47,792 nucleotides of DNA from assembly GCA_016180645.1 (NCBI GenBank), contig JACPAV010000021.1:62001-109792 (forward strand), written 5' to 3'. Shown in pieces: positions 37,354 to 45,397 of the stretch (positions within the stretch are counted from its first letter, which is position 1; every line of letters begins with the position of its first letter). The translations under genes and the position numbers were made by a program. This DNA comes from Nitrospirota bacterium. GTDB taxonomy: Bacteria > JACPQY01. The notes beneath the pieces were generated by a model, which saw only the letters and a list, made by a program, of their open reading frames with translations, did not search any database and had not been told where the DNA came from.

Positions 37354-38505
37354 CTATCGAGGCGGAGTCTCGACCGAAAGCAGGCGCCTGAATTTCCAGG
37401 GCAGGTCTTTCACTTTCAATTGGATGAGCGATTGGATGGATTTCGAGTTGTAGGTATCCCAGAAGAGCACGGGCACGCCCTTTTCGGAGGGGGCGAGTTT
37501 CATGAAAGCGGCAAACGTTTTCCCGCTGTAGGTCGGTTCCAGCTTGAGTTTTTCGTGCTCTTTGGCGAACCGGATCGCCTCCTGCGCCTCCGGCGTAGGG
37601 TGGCCGTATCCCCCGCCGAGATAGCCGCCCTCCACGTGGACCATGTCGAGGGTGATCTTGGTTTGGCCGAAGACCGGATCGAACGTTCGCATATACTCGA
37701 GCGTTCGTTGGGCGAGGCTGGCTACGACGAAGCGATTGCACATGCTCCGTTCCACCACGCGGACGCCGATCACCTTGCAGGAGAGCTGAGCGAGCGCAAA
37801 TCCGACGACGAGACCGGCCATCGTGCCTCCCGAACCGAGTGGGACGTAGAGGGTGGCGGGTGGCGGGAGATCCCCGGTTTCGGTCTGGCGCTTGATCTCG
37901 AACGCCGCGTTGACATAACCGAGGCAACCGAGGGGAGAGGAACCGCCGGGGTAAACCACGAGAGGGTATTTGTCGACTCGAACGACCTGCCGGTGAAAGT
38001 ACTCCATGAGCACGTGCGGGAGCATCCAGGCGCGGGAACGGGTCAGTTGGCAATCGACGCCGAGGGAGAATAGAGCGAGGAGAACGTCGCGCACGTAGGC
38101 GGTGGCCGGCTGGGGAAAGAGAATGGCGGTGACATCGAGACCGAGGGATTTCGCATAGAGGGCGGAAGCCAGGACGTGATGGGATCCGATTCCTCCAACG
38201 ACGATGATGCGTTCGAACCCACGCCGGCGCGCTTCTCCCAGGATGAACTCGAGCTTCCGGACCTTGTTCCCGCCGTACACTGTGCCGAGAAGATCGTCGC
38301 GCTTGATCCAGAGGTGGGGGTGGTGAAGGGCGCGGCCCGATTTCTCAAGGCGCTGGACGGGCGAGGGGTAGTCGCTGAGGCTCGTCCAGGGAATTTCTTC
38401 GAGCGAGGGATAGGCCGCGAAGAGGGGCAGCCGCGCCTTCGGCTCTTCGGGAACCGCCGGCGGATCGGATGGCCGCGGTTGGGTGTGAGTGAGCGCTACG
38501 GCCAT
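37354..38505 (-). CDS. PLP-dependent D-cysteine desulfhydrase/ACC deaminase family enzyme
   Basis: WIKRDD, GGNKVRKLE, GSHH, PGGS, GSGGT, LEPTYSGK. Confidence 0.92.
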   Translation of the reverse strand: MAVALTHTQPRPSDPPAVPEEPKARLPLFAAYPSLEEIPWTSLSDYPSPVQRLEKSGRALHHPHLWIKRDDLLGTVYGGNKVRKLEFILGEARRRGFERIIVVGGIGSHHVLASALYAKSLGLDVTAILFPQPATAYVRDVLLALFSLGVDCQLTRSRAWMLPHVLMEYFHRQVVRVDKYPLVVYPGGSSPLGCLGYVNAAFEIKRQTETGDLPPPATLYVPLGSGGTMAGLVVGFALAQLSCKVIGVRVVERSMCNRFVVASLAQRTLEYMRTFDPVFGQTKITLDMVHVEGGYLGGGYGHPTPEAQEAIRFAKEHEKLKLEPTYSGKTFAAFMKLAPSEKGVPVLFWDTYNSKSIQSLIQLKVKDLPWKFRRLLSVETPPR

Positions 38506-38948
38506 GGCTCGATGGTTACGCGAGTGCCGCTTGGGGTTCGCGCGATCGCGCTTCGCCAGGATCCTCGAAGGCGGCCGAGGGGGACGTACCGGCCGGATTT
38601 TTCCAAGGTGTGCGGCGATTTGCGTGTGTTGATGAGGATGACTTGTTTTTCCGTCCAATAGAGGATCTCGCCCGGTGTGGCCACGGCGGAGATTCCTTCG
38701 GCCTCGGACATGGGCAGGGACTGGCGAAGCATCAAGAGTCCGTCCACTTTCCGCCCCTTCCCGGCCAGGGGGAGGCACGCCGCCAATCGGCCGGCGATGG
38801 CCGTGGATGCGAGTTGACCTTCGGCCGCGCGGTTTCCGATCCGAACGAGAATGCCTTTCCCTTCGACCGCCGCGTGTTTCTGTCCCCCGCGAAGGGATCG
38901 GATCTTCGACTTGATCCGTTGCGGGGAAAAGAGGGCTGAGAAAAGCAT
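38496..38948 (-). CDS. Cyclophilin-like fold protein (DUF369/TM1367-like)
   Basis: Pattern ..LP..G....GEILYW....LI.....LGRL recognised by eye. Confidence 0.6.
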   Translation of the reverse strand: MLFSALFSPQRIKSKIRSLRGGQKHAAVEGKGILVRIGNRAAEGQLASTAIAGRLAACLPLAGKGRKVDGLLMLRQSLPMSEAEGISAVATPGEILYWTEKQVILINTRKSPHTLEKSGRYVPLGRLRGSWRSAIARTPSGTRVTIEPWP

Positions 38949-38966
38949 TTCGGGATTATAACAGGA

Positions 38967-39058
38967 AGCGGTCAGCGATCAGCAATCAGCTTTCGGCTTC
39001 AGGGCAATGATGGATCGGAACGTTCCGGCTGTAGGCTGACCGCTGAATGCTGATGGCT
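38967..39058. repeat. Inverted heptamer-array element
   Basis: agcggtc agcgatc agcaatc agctttc ... gctgtag gctgacc gctgaat gctgatg. Confidence 0.8.
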
Positions 39059-39061
39059 TTT

Positions 39062-39757
39062 TCACAGGGTGGGTAGGAATTGAAGCGGGTCATTCGCCAT
39101 GTTCCGGTACCGGATTTCGAAGTGGAGATGCGGGCCGGTGGCGCGGCCCGTCTGGCCGATCTTTCCGATCGCCTGGCCTTTTTCCACCAGATCGCCCTTT
39201 CGCACGAGCATTTTCTGGGCATGGGCATAAACGGAGGCGAAGTCCCCGGCATGTTTGACGATGATGAGGTTCCCATATCCGGCCAGCTTGTTGTCGCTGT
39301 AGATGACCTTCCCCGAGTCGGCGGCGACGAATTCGACGCCCTCGCGCGCCGCGATATCCAGGCCCTGGTGGCGACGGTCCATCCGGACGCCGAATTCGGA
39401 TGAGAGGCTCCCCTTGATCGGCCAGATGAATCGACCTTTCGTTTTTTGGACCTGCGCTTTTTGCATCGGGGGCGCTTTATCCTGTCGGAGCAGCCGTTTT
39501 TCGACTTTTGCCATCTCCCGGGGAGGGGACTTCTCTTTCACGCGCGGGATGAAGAGCAGCTGTGCCTCCTTGAGAGAGGACGGATCGTCCAGGTCGTTGA
39601 TGAGGACGATTTCGATGAGATCGGCCTCGTATTCGTCTGCGATTTGGATGAGGGTCTGGCCCGATTTGACCCGATGATAGATGCCGGGAGCGCATGAGGT
39701 GAGTGCGACGCTAAGGATGGCCGCCGCGACGAAGCGTCGAGAGCTCGGGAGGTTCAG
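39062..39757 (-). CDS. LysM + M23 peptidase lipoprotein (NlpD-like), probable CTG start
   Basis: The frame is open upstream of the ORF-track start and encodes RRFVAAAILSVALTSC (lipobox) and LysM (YHRVKSGQTL...NDL). M23 motifs HQGLD, YAH, GPHLHFE. Confidence 0.85.
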   Translation of the reverse strand: MNLPSSRRFVAAAILSVALTSCAPGIYHRVKSGQTLIQIADEYEADLIEIVLINDLDDPSSLKEAQLLFIPRVKEKSPPREMAKVEKRLLRQDKAPPMQKAQVQKTKGRFIWPIKGSLSSEFGVRMDRRHQGLDIAAREGVEFVAADSGKVIYSDNKLAGYGNLIIVKHAGDFASVYAHAQKMLVRKGDLVEKGQAIGKIGQTGRATGPHLHFEIRYRNMANDPLQFLPTL

Positions 39758-39878
39758 AAACTTCCTTCGCTCCGTGCGGAGCCGGCAAGGTTTCGGATTG
39801 CAAACCCGGACACATCCATGTGTTTGTCAGCGTATTCTACCCCTATGCGGCTTCCCTCACAAACCGGCTGTCAGGGCC

Positions 39879-39961
39879 GTAAGACGCGGGCTAAAGCCCG
39901 CGCCTACCCAGGGGTGTCCGACGCCCGGCGCCGGCTTGGTAGCCGCAGCCTTCAGGCTGCG
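39879..39961. repeat. Two GTAG-type REP palindromes
   Basis: GTAGGCGCGGGCTTTAGCCCGCG (minus, 39879-39907) and GTAGCCGCAGCCTTCAGGCTGCG (plus, 39939-39961). The second contains the ppx stop codon. Confidence 0.75.
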
Positions 39962-41223
39962 TTCCGGGAGTGCGACAGGGCGATGCCTTCGAGGATGCCG
40001 GAATCGCAGACGGTGAGGGCGGGCAGGCCGAATCGGTCCATGCATCGGAGGAGGATGGCGATGCCCGCGAGGATGAGATCCTCGCGGCCCTTCTCCATGC
40101 CGGGGAGCTTCAGGCGGGCGGCAGCCGGGACGGCGATCAAACGCCTCATGAGGGATTCGAGATCGCGACGTGTGAGCCGCGTTCCGGAGATCTTCTTCGG
40201 ATCGTACTTGCGCATTTTCATCTTCAGCGCGGCGAGGGTGGTGACGGTGCCGGCGGTGCCGACGAAAGAAGTGATGAGTGATGAGTGATGAGTGATGAGT
40301 GGGGAGCGCCGGGTGACGGGTGACGGGTGACGAGTCAGGTGCGCGGAAGACACCATCCTTTCTACGGGAGCCAGTGCCGCGTTGATCGCTTCATCGAGCT
40401 TACGCATCTCGAACAGAAGCGGCGGATCGTGGTGGAGGTGGGTTTCCGTGAGACGGACGACGCCGAGGGGGGTGGTTTGGATGCCGCGGATTCCTCCAAA
40501 TGCCTGGCACTTGCCTTCGTTCGGCGCCGTCCTGGCGCCGTTGATCGGCAAGTGCCGCAACATCTTTGTCTGGTAGGGGAGCATCTTTAGATGCTCCCTC
40601 TTGCCGGGAGGGTCTGAAGACCCACCCCCACGCATTTTGTCACAGAGGATGAATTCCGTGCTCCCGCCGCCGATGTCGACGACCAGAAGAGGTGATCCCG
40701 TGATCCCGTGATCCCGTGATCCCGAGACGGGGTCTCTTTTTCTCCGGTTCACGGGTTCACGATTTACAGGCTCACGAGGCTGTTTCAGCCCGTAGATGAT
40801 TCCACGCATGGCGTAGGTGGCCTCCTGCCGGGCGCTCACGATGCGCACGTCCCAGCCGTAGCGCTTACGGATGCGAGCAAGCAGTCGCGGTCCATCCTTC
40901 GCGGTACGAAAGGCAGCCGTGCAGATTCCGCCGGCCCAGTCCACGCGGTGCGTTCGAATCTCCCGGGCGAAGTCGTCCAGCGCCGCCAGGGATCTCTTGA
41001 CCGCATCCGGATGAAAAGTCTTCCGTTTGTGCAGATCCTGGCCGAGGCGCGTGATGGAGCGGAGGACCCTGATCGGCCGGAGCGTGATCCCGTGACCCCG
41101 TGACCCCGTGAGCCGGCGAGTCCGCGTCTGGTTCACGGGTTCCCGATTCCCGGGCTCACGGATCTCGGCGATGAGCACGCGAAATGTATTCGTTCCAAGA
41201 TCAAAGGTGGCCACGCGCATCAT
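39952..41223 (-). CDS. ppx: Ppx/GppA phosphatase with four in-frame repeat-derived insertions
   Basis: DLGTNT, TRLG, TAAFR, QEA, DIGGGSTE, LGVVRL, GTAGT, REDLILAG and GILEG are all present in one frame. Confidence 0.92.
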   Translation of the reverse strand: MMRVATFDLGTNTFRVLIAEIREPGNREPVNQTRTRRLTGSRGHGITLRPIRVLRSITRLGQDLHKRKTFHPDAVKRSLAALDDFAREIRTHRVDWAGGICTAAFRTAKDGPRLLARIRKRYGWDVRIVSARQEATYAMRGIIYGLKQPREPVNREPVNRRKRDPVSGSRDHGITGSPLLVVDIGGGSTEFILCDKMRGGGSSDPPGKREHLKMLPYQTKMLRHLPINGARTAPNEGKCQAFGGIRGIQTTPLGVVRLTETHLHHDPPLLFEMRKLDEAINAALAPVERMVSSAHLTRHPSPVTRRSPLITHHSSLITSFVGTAGTVTTLAALKMKMRKYDPKKISGTRLTRRDLESLMRRLIAVPAAARLKLPGMEKGREDLILAGIAILLRCMDRFGLPALTVCDSGILEGIALSHSRNAA

Positions 41224-41298
41224 GGCGGGATCATACGTTCGTAAACGAAAACGGGGTAGCGCCATTTCGCCACCCCGTTACGTGTTGCTTGTTGAGGT

Positions 41299-41877
41299 TT
41301 ACTGCTGGGTCTGTGTGGCCTCCGGATGGGTTTCCGCCTTCGGTTCGGCGTCCCCCTCCGCTGTGCTTCGGGGACGGCGATTAGAATTATCGTGGGGGCT
41401 TTGCGCCGCGAGTTGTTTCTCGGCCTCCGCGCGCGGGCGGCTGAGGGCATCGGCCAGGAAGAGAAACGCGTTCTTCACCTGCTCGTTCTCCGAAGCCACC
41501 GGTTTGACGAACCTCCAGATCTTGAGGACGCCTTTCCATGCGGCATCGTCGGCGATGAGGCGCGCGTGTTGCGCCCTCTTCAAGGTGAGTTCAAGCCCTT
41601 CGCGCAGCGCGGCCTCCACGGTTTGCCTTTGCCGGGCTCGTTTCACGAGACCGGCGAGGGCGCCTGGGCTCATTCCCGGTATTCGGACGTTCGCTCGTAC
41701 CCGATTCCACGCCTCGATGGCCTTGTCGGCCAGTTCTTCGAAGTTTTCCGGCGGCTTGAGCAATCGCTGAATCTCGGCCACGCTCAGCAGCCTGCCGGGC
41801 GCCGTGGAGCGCCTTGCCCTGGCCTTCGGTGTGGACGTTTTCCCTGCGCGTGTGGACGTCTTCTTGGTTCGTGCCAT
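41299..41877 (-). CDS. Hypothetical basic alpha-helical protein
   Basis: AAAGGAGG SD before ATG 41877 (MARTKKTS...). No family recognised. Confidence 0.75.
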   Translation of the reverse strand: MARTKKTSTRAGKTSTPKARARRSTAPGRLLSVAEIQRLLKPPENFEELADKAIEAWNRVRANVRIPGMSPGALAGLVKRARQRQTVEAALREGLELTLKRAQHARLIADDAAWKGVLKIWRFVKPVASENEQVKNAFLFLADALSRPRAEAEKQLAAQSPHDNSNRRPRSTAEGDAEPKAETHPEATQTQQ

Positions 41878-41978
41878 GGTTCCTCCTTTTTTCGGACCCC
41901 GGTTCCTCCACCCCCGGAACGACGGATGTTTTCTCTCCCCCCTATCGCAGCCGTGATTGATTGTCAAGGGTGCCCCGG

Positions 41979-42122
41979 TCCAATCGGTCGGGGGTACCAG
42001 TGTGGGTACGAGCTCGGACCCATCAGACCTGTCATTGCGACCGGATCAATCGGTCTATTCGACTGATCCCATTGGTCTGATAGACCATTTCAATCGGTCT
42101 GATTGATCGATCTAATCGGTCA
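41979..42122. repeat. Phased short direct repeats (YAATCGGTC-like)
   Basis: Copies at about 41981, 42047, 42070, 42091 and 42113. Confidence 0.6.
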
Positions 42123-42232
42123 GAGAGATCGATTGAAGGATGGCGTGAACAATGCTGTGATCACGATATATTAGTCTGAATTCCTGTAAGCGAGGGAAGC
42201 AATCAGGTCAAAACCAGACGGACTTCCTCGGG

Positions 42233-43042
42233 TCAGCGCTTGCACCAGCACCAGTACCAAGTGACCACGAGACTAACCGTGTGCTGTTCAAAGTCGCTTC
42301 GTGATCCGGGGCCTGAATATTCGTAATCGGCATTGAGGTCCCACAGGCGGCTGAGACTCCAGGACGACCAAACACCCAAAGGGAATTCGAAACGGGAGGC
42401 GTCGTTTCTTTCCGCTCCTAGGATGGATCGGGCGAAGAATCGCCTGTACCCGGCGGTGGCGTTCGGGCCTACGGCCCATCGGTCCGAAAGCTGGAAGAAC
42501 GGTCCGATGGAAACCTGTGCCCACAAATCGTCCCGGTTGCCTGCTCGATATCGCGTTCGATGCGTGTAGGAGAAGCTGGATCGGATGGCAAAGGCCGAAT
42601 TCTCAGTGAGCCGTCTGCGGAAATAGGTCCCCACGTTCGGTCCGAGAATCCAGCCATCATAGGTGGAGTATCCAACCGTGCCGAGATGGGCGATAAGGGC
42701 CGCCAGATTCTTTTCATCGCGGAGGACTTGGGCTTGGGCGCCCCACGGCAGGGGCGCGAACAGTAGCGTGACGCTGTCACGCACGGCATAGCTCCAAAAG
42801 AGCGCGCTGGGGAGGCCGAAATTGGCATCCCACTTGGTCCCTTTTCGCTCAACGGATGATTCGGAAGAGATTTTCCACGTTGCGAGGCCTTTCGGCAGAG
42901 CAAAGGGGCGGTCAATTTGCCGTGTGGAGTAGCGGACCAAAATTTCGTCCCGAACGGGACCACACGAAACAGCAACGAATATCACACCCGTTAGGGCGCC
43001 GGCCAACGCGCCGATGGCGGACGTAGAGCGCCATTCGGTCAT
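42233..43042 (-). CDS. Hypothetical exported / outer-membrane protein
   Basis: Hydrophobic N-terminus with AVSC lipobox-like motif; aromatic amphipathic strands; ends VTWYWCWCKR. Confidence 0.65.
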   Translation of the reverse strand: MTEWRSTSAIGALAGALTGVIFVAVSCGPVRDEILVRYSTRQIDRPFALPKGLATWKISSESSVERKGTKWDANFGLPSALFWSYAVRDSVTLLFAPLPWGAQAQVLRDEKNLAALIAHLGTVGYSTYDGWILGPNVGTYFRRRLTENSAFAIRSSFSYTHRTRYRAGNRDDLWAQVSIGPFFQLSDRWAVGPNATAGYRRFFARSILGAERNDASRFEFPLGVWSSWSLSRLWDLNADYEYSGPGSRSDFEQHTVSLVVTWYWCWCKR

Positions 43043-43082
43043 AGCCGGAAATCTCAAGCCACTTGGATGATGTCCGGGTCCC

Positions 43083-43493
43083 TCATGTCGTGTGCGATGG
43101 AGATACGAGTCTGGCCCGCCGATTCGAAGCGGCCGGGAGCGGACCCGCCGCGACCAGTTTCTTGCGAGCGGGGTCGACAACCAAGTTCAGGCCCTCGAGC
43201 GTCCGAGCGCCGAGCAGCGCCTGATCGCCGGGTTCGGCAAAAACGACTTCGTCAATGGTAAAGGCTTGCGCCACGCGAAGGATGGCGAAGCCTACGCTTT
43301 TCGTGACGACTTGACCATTGGCCATGACGAATCGAAGGTCTTTCTTCTCGCGCACCACGCCGATCCGTTCGAGCTTGTCGGCGGGAATCCACGTGAATTC
43401 GCTCCCCGTGTCAACGAGAGCCTTCGGAATGCGGACGGACCTCCTTCGCTCGACGTGATGCTCAACCTTGCAATCGACGTGGAAGGTACCCAC
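43083..43493 (-). CDS. Retropepsin-like (clan AA) aspartyl protease
   Basis: ALVDTGS, MANG, LLGARTLE. Confidence 0.9.
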   Translation of the reverse strand: MGTFHVDCKVEHHVERRRSVRIPKALVDTGSEFTWIPADKLERIGVVREKKDLRFVMANGQVVTKSVGFAILRVAQAFTIDEVVFAEPGDQALLGARTLEGLNLVVDPARKKLVAAGPLPAASNRRARLVSPSHTT

Positions 43494-43570
43494 CGGAGGA
43501 TTATATCACGGTCGTGAGGCCGGTGAGGGGACGGTTCGAACGTCGAGAAACTGGAGGAAGGTGGACGCAC

Positions 43571-44359
43571 TCAAGTTGGATGATGGTATCCGTCATGCCC
43601 AACATGCCTGGCAAGACTTATCATGCGTCGAAAAATTCGGATCAGGTATCCCATGGAGCTTGGGGATAGGAGGCTGCGCCACGGGGATGTCGGAAGGGAT
43701 GAGTGAAGAGCGGTGCCGGCTTTCGACGCCGTGTTAGTGCCGGCGTCCAACTTGAGGCCGAATCCATCCGCCATCCGCGTCAGGTGGTTGAAGATACCGA
43801 CGATGTGGGCGACTTCCAGGCAGGCTTCGTCATCGAAGCCCAGATCGCGCAGTGGCTTCCAATCGTTCTCGACCATTTTCGTGGGCGTGCCGCTGAGCTT
43901 TTCGGCCACGGTGCACAGGGCTTTCTCGCGTGAGGTGAGAGAGGTCAACTCCCGCCAACGGCGGTTCTTGATCGCCTCGACGAGTGCGGGATCGCCGCTT
44001 TCCGTACGCAGAAACTCTGCGTGAGATTGCGTTCAGTAATGGCAGTCTTGTGCGGCGGCGGTGATGGCGGCCACCATTTCGCGCTCGCCTCGCGTGAGCT
44101 TCCCCGGTGCGAACATGATTTGACCGAACAGGAGGCCGAAGAAGGGGCCGATCCGGTCGTGCGCCATCACGAGCCGGGTCATGGCGGGCAGGAATCCGAA
44201 GTCATACGGAGCGAACGGAAGGGCTCGGCGGAGGGCTTCCTCCGACGGGATCGTCACCCACGCGGGCCGGTCTTGATCCGGAGTACCAGCCACGGACGGT
44301 GCGGTGCCCCGCCCATCGGGCCGACCACGATGGGAGGCAGAAGGAGGCGGGGTGCTCAC
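43571..44359 (-). CDS. AhpD/carboxymuconolactone-decarboxylase-like peroxidase, probable selenoprotein (CHYU)
   Basis: ORFs 44033-44398 and 43571-43948 are in frame across a single TGA (44033-44035): EREMVAA..AQDCHY*TQSH...FNHLTRMADGFG. Hairpin starts 11 nt downstream. Start is GTG 44359 or 44293. Confidence 0.85.
44006..44022 (-). promoter_or_regulatory. Candidate bacterial SECIS hairpin
   Basis: ACGCAGA-GTT-TCTGCGT at +11 to +27 after the UGA, with G as first loop base. Confidence 0.6.
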
Positions 44360-44703
44360 GCGACCTCGATTTTCTTGTCGATGAACCGGTCGTACCACTT
44401 CATCTCGCTTGGAGTGACGAGGTGAAACTCGAACGGGCTGCCGTATCCGATTTCGTGGTGGATGTCGGCGGAGAGCTTCGATCGTTCCATGGTTTTCTTG
44501 GGCATGGAAGGGGAGACAATGAGCACATCGATATCGCTGTTGATCCAGAAGTCGCCTCGCGCCACGGAGCCGAAGAGGAAGACTCTTGCGCCCGGCACCA
44601 TGCGTCTTGCGAGTCGTTTGATCTCCTTGAGGTAGGACCGTCGGCGCCGGAAGTATTCCGTCCTTCGATTGGCCCTCTCAATAAGATAGTCGATGTGTTT
44701 CAT
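44356..44703 (-). CDS. Minimal nucleotidyltransferase (MNT)
   Basis: LFGSVARGD...SDIDVL; ATGA overlap with the upstream HEPN gene. Confidence 0.9.
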   Translation of the reverse strand: MKHIDYLIERANRRTEYFRRRRSYLKEIKRLARRMVPGARVFLFGSVARGDFWINSDIDVLIVSPSMPKKTMERSKLSADIHHEIGYGSPFEFHLVTPSEMKWYDRFIDKKIEVA

Positions 44704-45134
44704 TTCCGGCCCTCCGCAAATTCCGTAAGGACGTTTGCGAAGCGAAGCATCAATTCAACCTGCTCTCTTGTGTATTCAAGGGGGATGTATCGAGTGCCGA
44801 TGTATGCCTGCTCGAGGTCAAGGATCACGGCCCTGTGTTGTTCGATAAAGCTCTCGGCTTGATCGCGCGCGCCGTACGCGCCGCCGAATTCAAGCAGGAG
44901 GTCGGTGAGCGAATGGGTTTTCAAAAACTCGCCCAGCTTCAGGCCGATCCGATATTTCAGGTGGAGTTGGCAGAATTGTTCGATGTGGAAGGCGGCGACG
45001 TCGTATTTTTCTTCCTTGAAGAGCCGCTGCGCCACGTCCAGGAAGATGAGCGCCCTGTCCCGCAAATACCCGACTTCCAAGTCGGCCCGTTGGCGGCTGA
45101 ATCCTGCCCTTGACTGCTTCTTCCCTTTCGACAT
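44700..45134 (-). CDS. HEPN domain protein paired with MNT
   Basis: A..LF.E.KYDVAAFHIEQ..QL.LK, KTHSL..L, L...YI.TRY. Confidence 0.88.
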   Translation of the reverse strand: MSKGKKQSRAGFSRQRADLEVGYLRDRALIFLDVAQRLFKEEKYDVAAFHIEQFCQLHLKYRIGLKLGEFLKTHSLTDLLLEFGGAYGARDQAESFIEQHRAVILDLEQAYIGTRYIPLEYTREQVELMLRFANVLTEFAEGRK

Positions 45135-45260
45135 GCTCCCATTCTACGGTTCCCCGGTGCGAAATCAAAGCGATGCGCGCCCCCTCTCAAAAAAAGGTGG
45201 CATTCAATCTATCGCGGATTTTGCGGGCGTTTCTTCTTCCGCCCGGAAACTCAGGGATGG

Positions 45261-45333
45261 GGGGTCAAGTCTTGAATTGGTACATCTCCAACCTTCAACG
45301 CGATCAACATGTGCCAATTCAAGACTTGACCCC
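45261..45333. repeat. 25-bp inverted repeat (24/25)
   Basis: GGGGTCAAGTCTTGAATTGGTACAT ... ATGTGCCAATTCAAGACTTGACCCC. Confidence 0.85.
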
Positions 45334-45397
45334 GTTGCTCCGTTGCCTTTCGCCAGTTCTCAACCGATGAAAGTTTGAACCGGCTCCAAACTCCGAG

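Noticed and set aside
44033-44035. Nonsense mutation (pseudogene)
   Set aside because: The stop falls exactly on the redox Cys position with a downstream hairpin and both halves intact, so Sec is the more parsimonious reading, though unproven.
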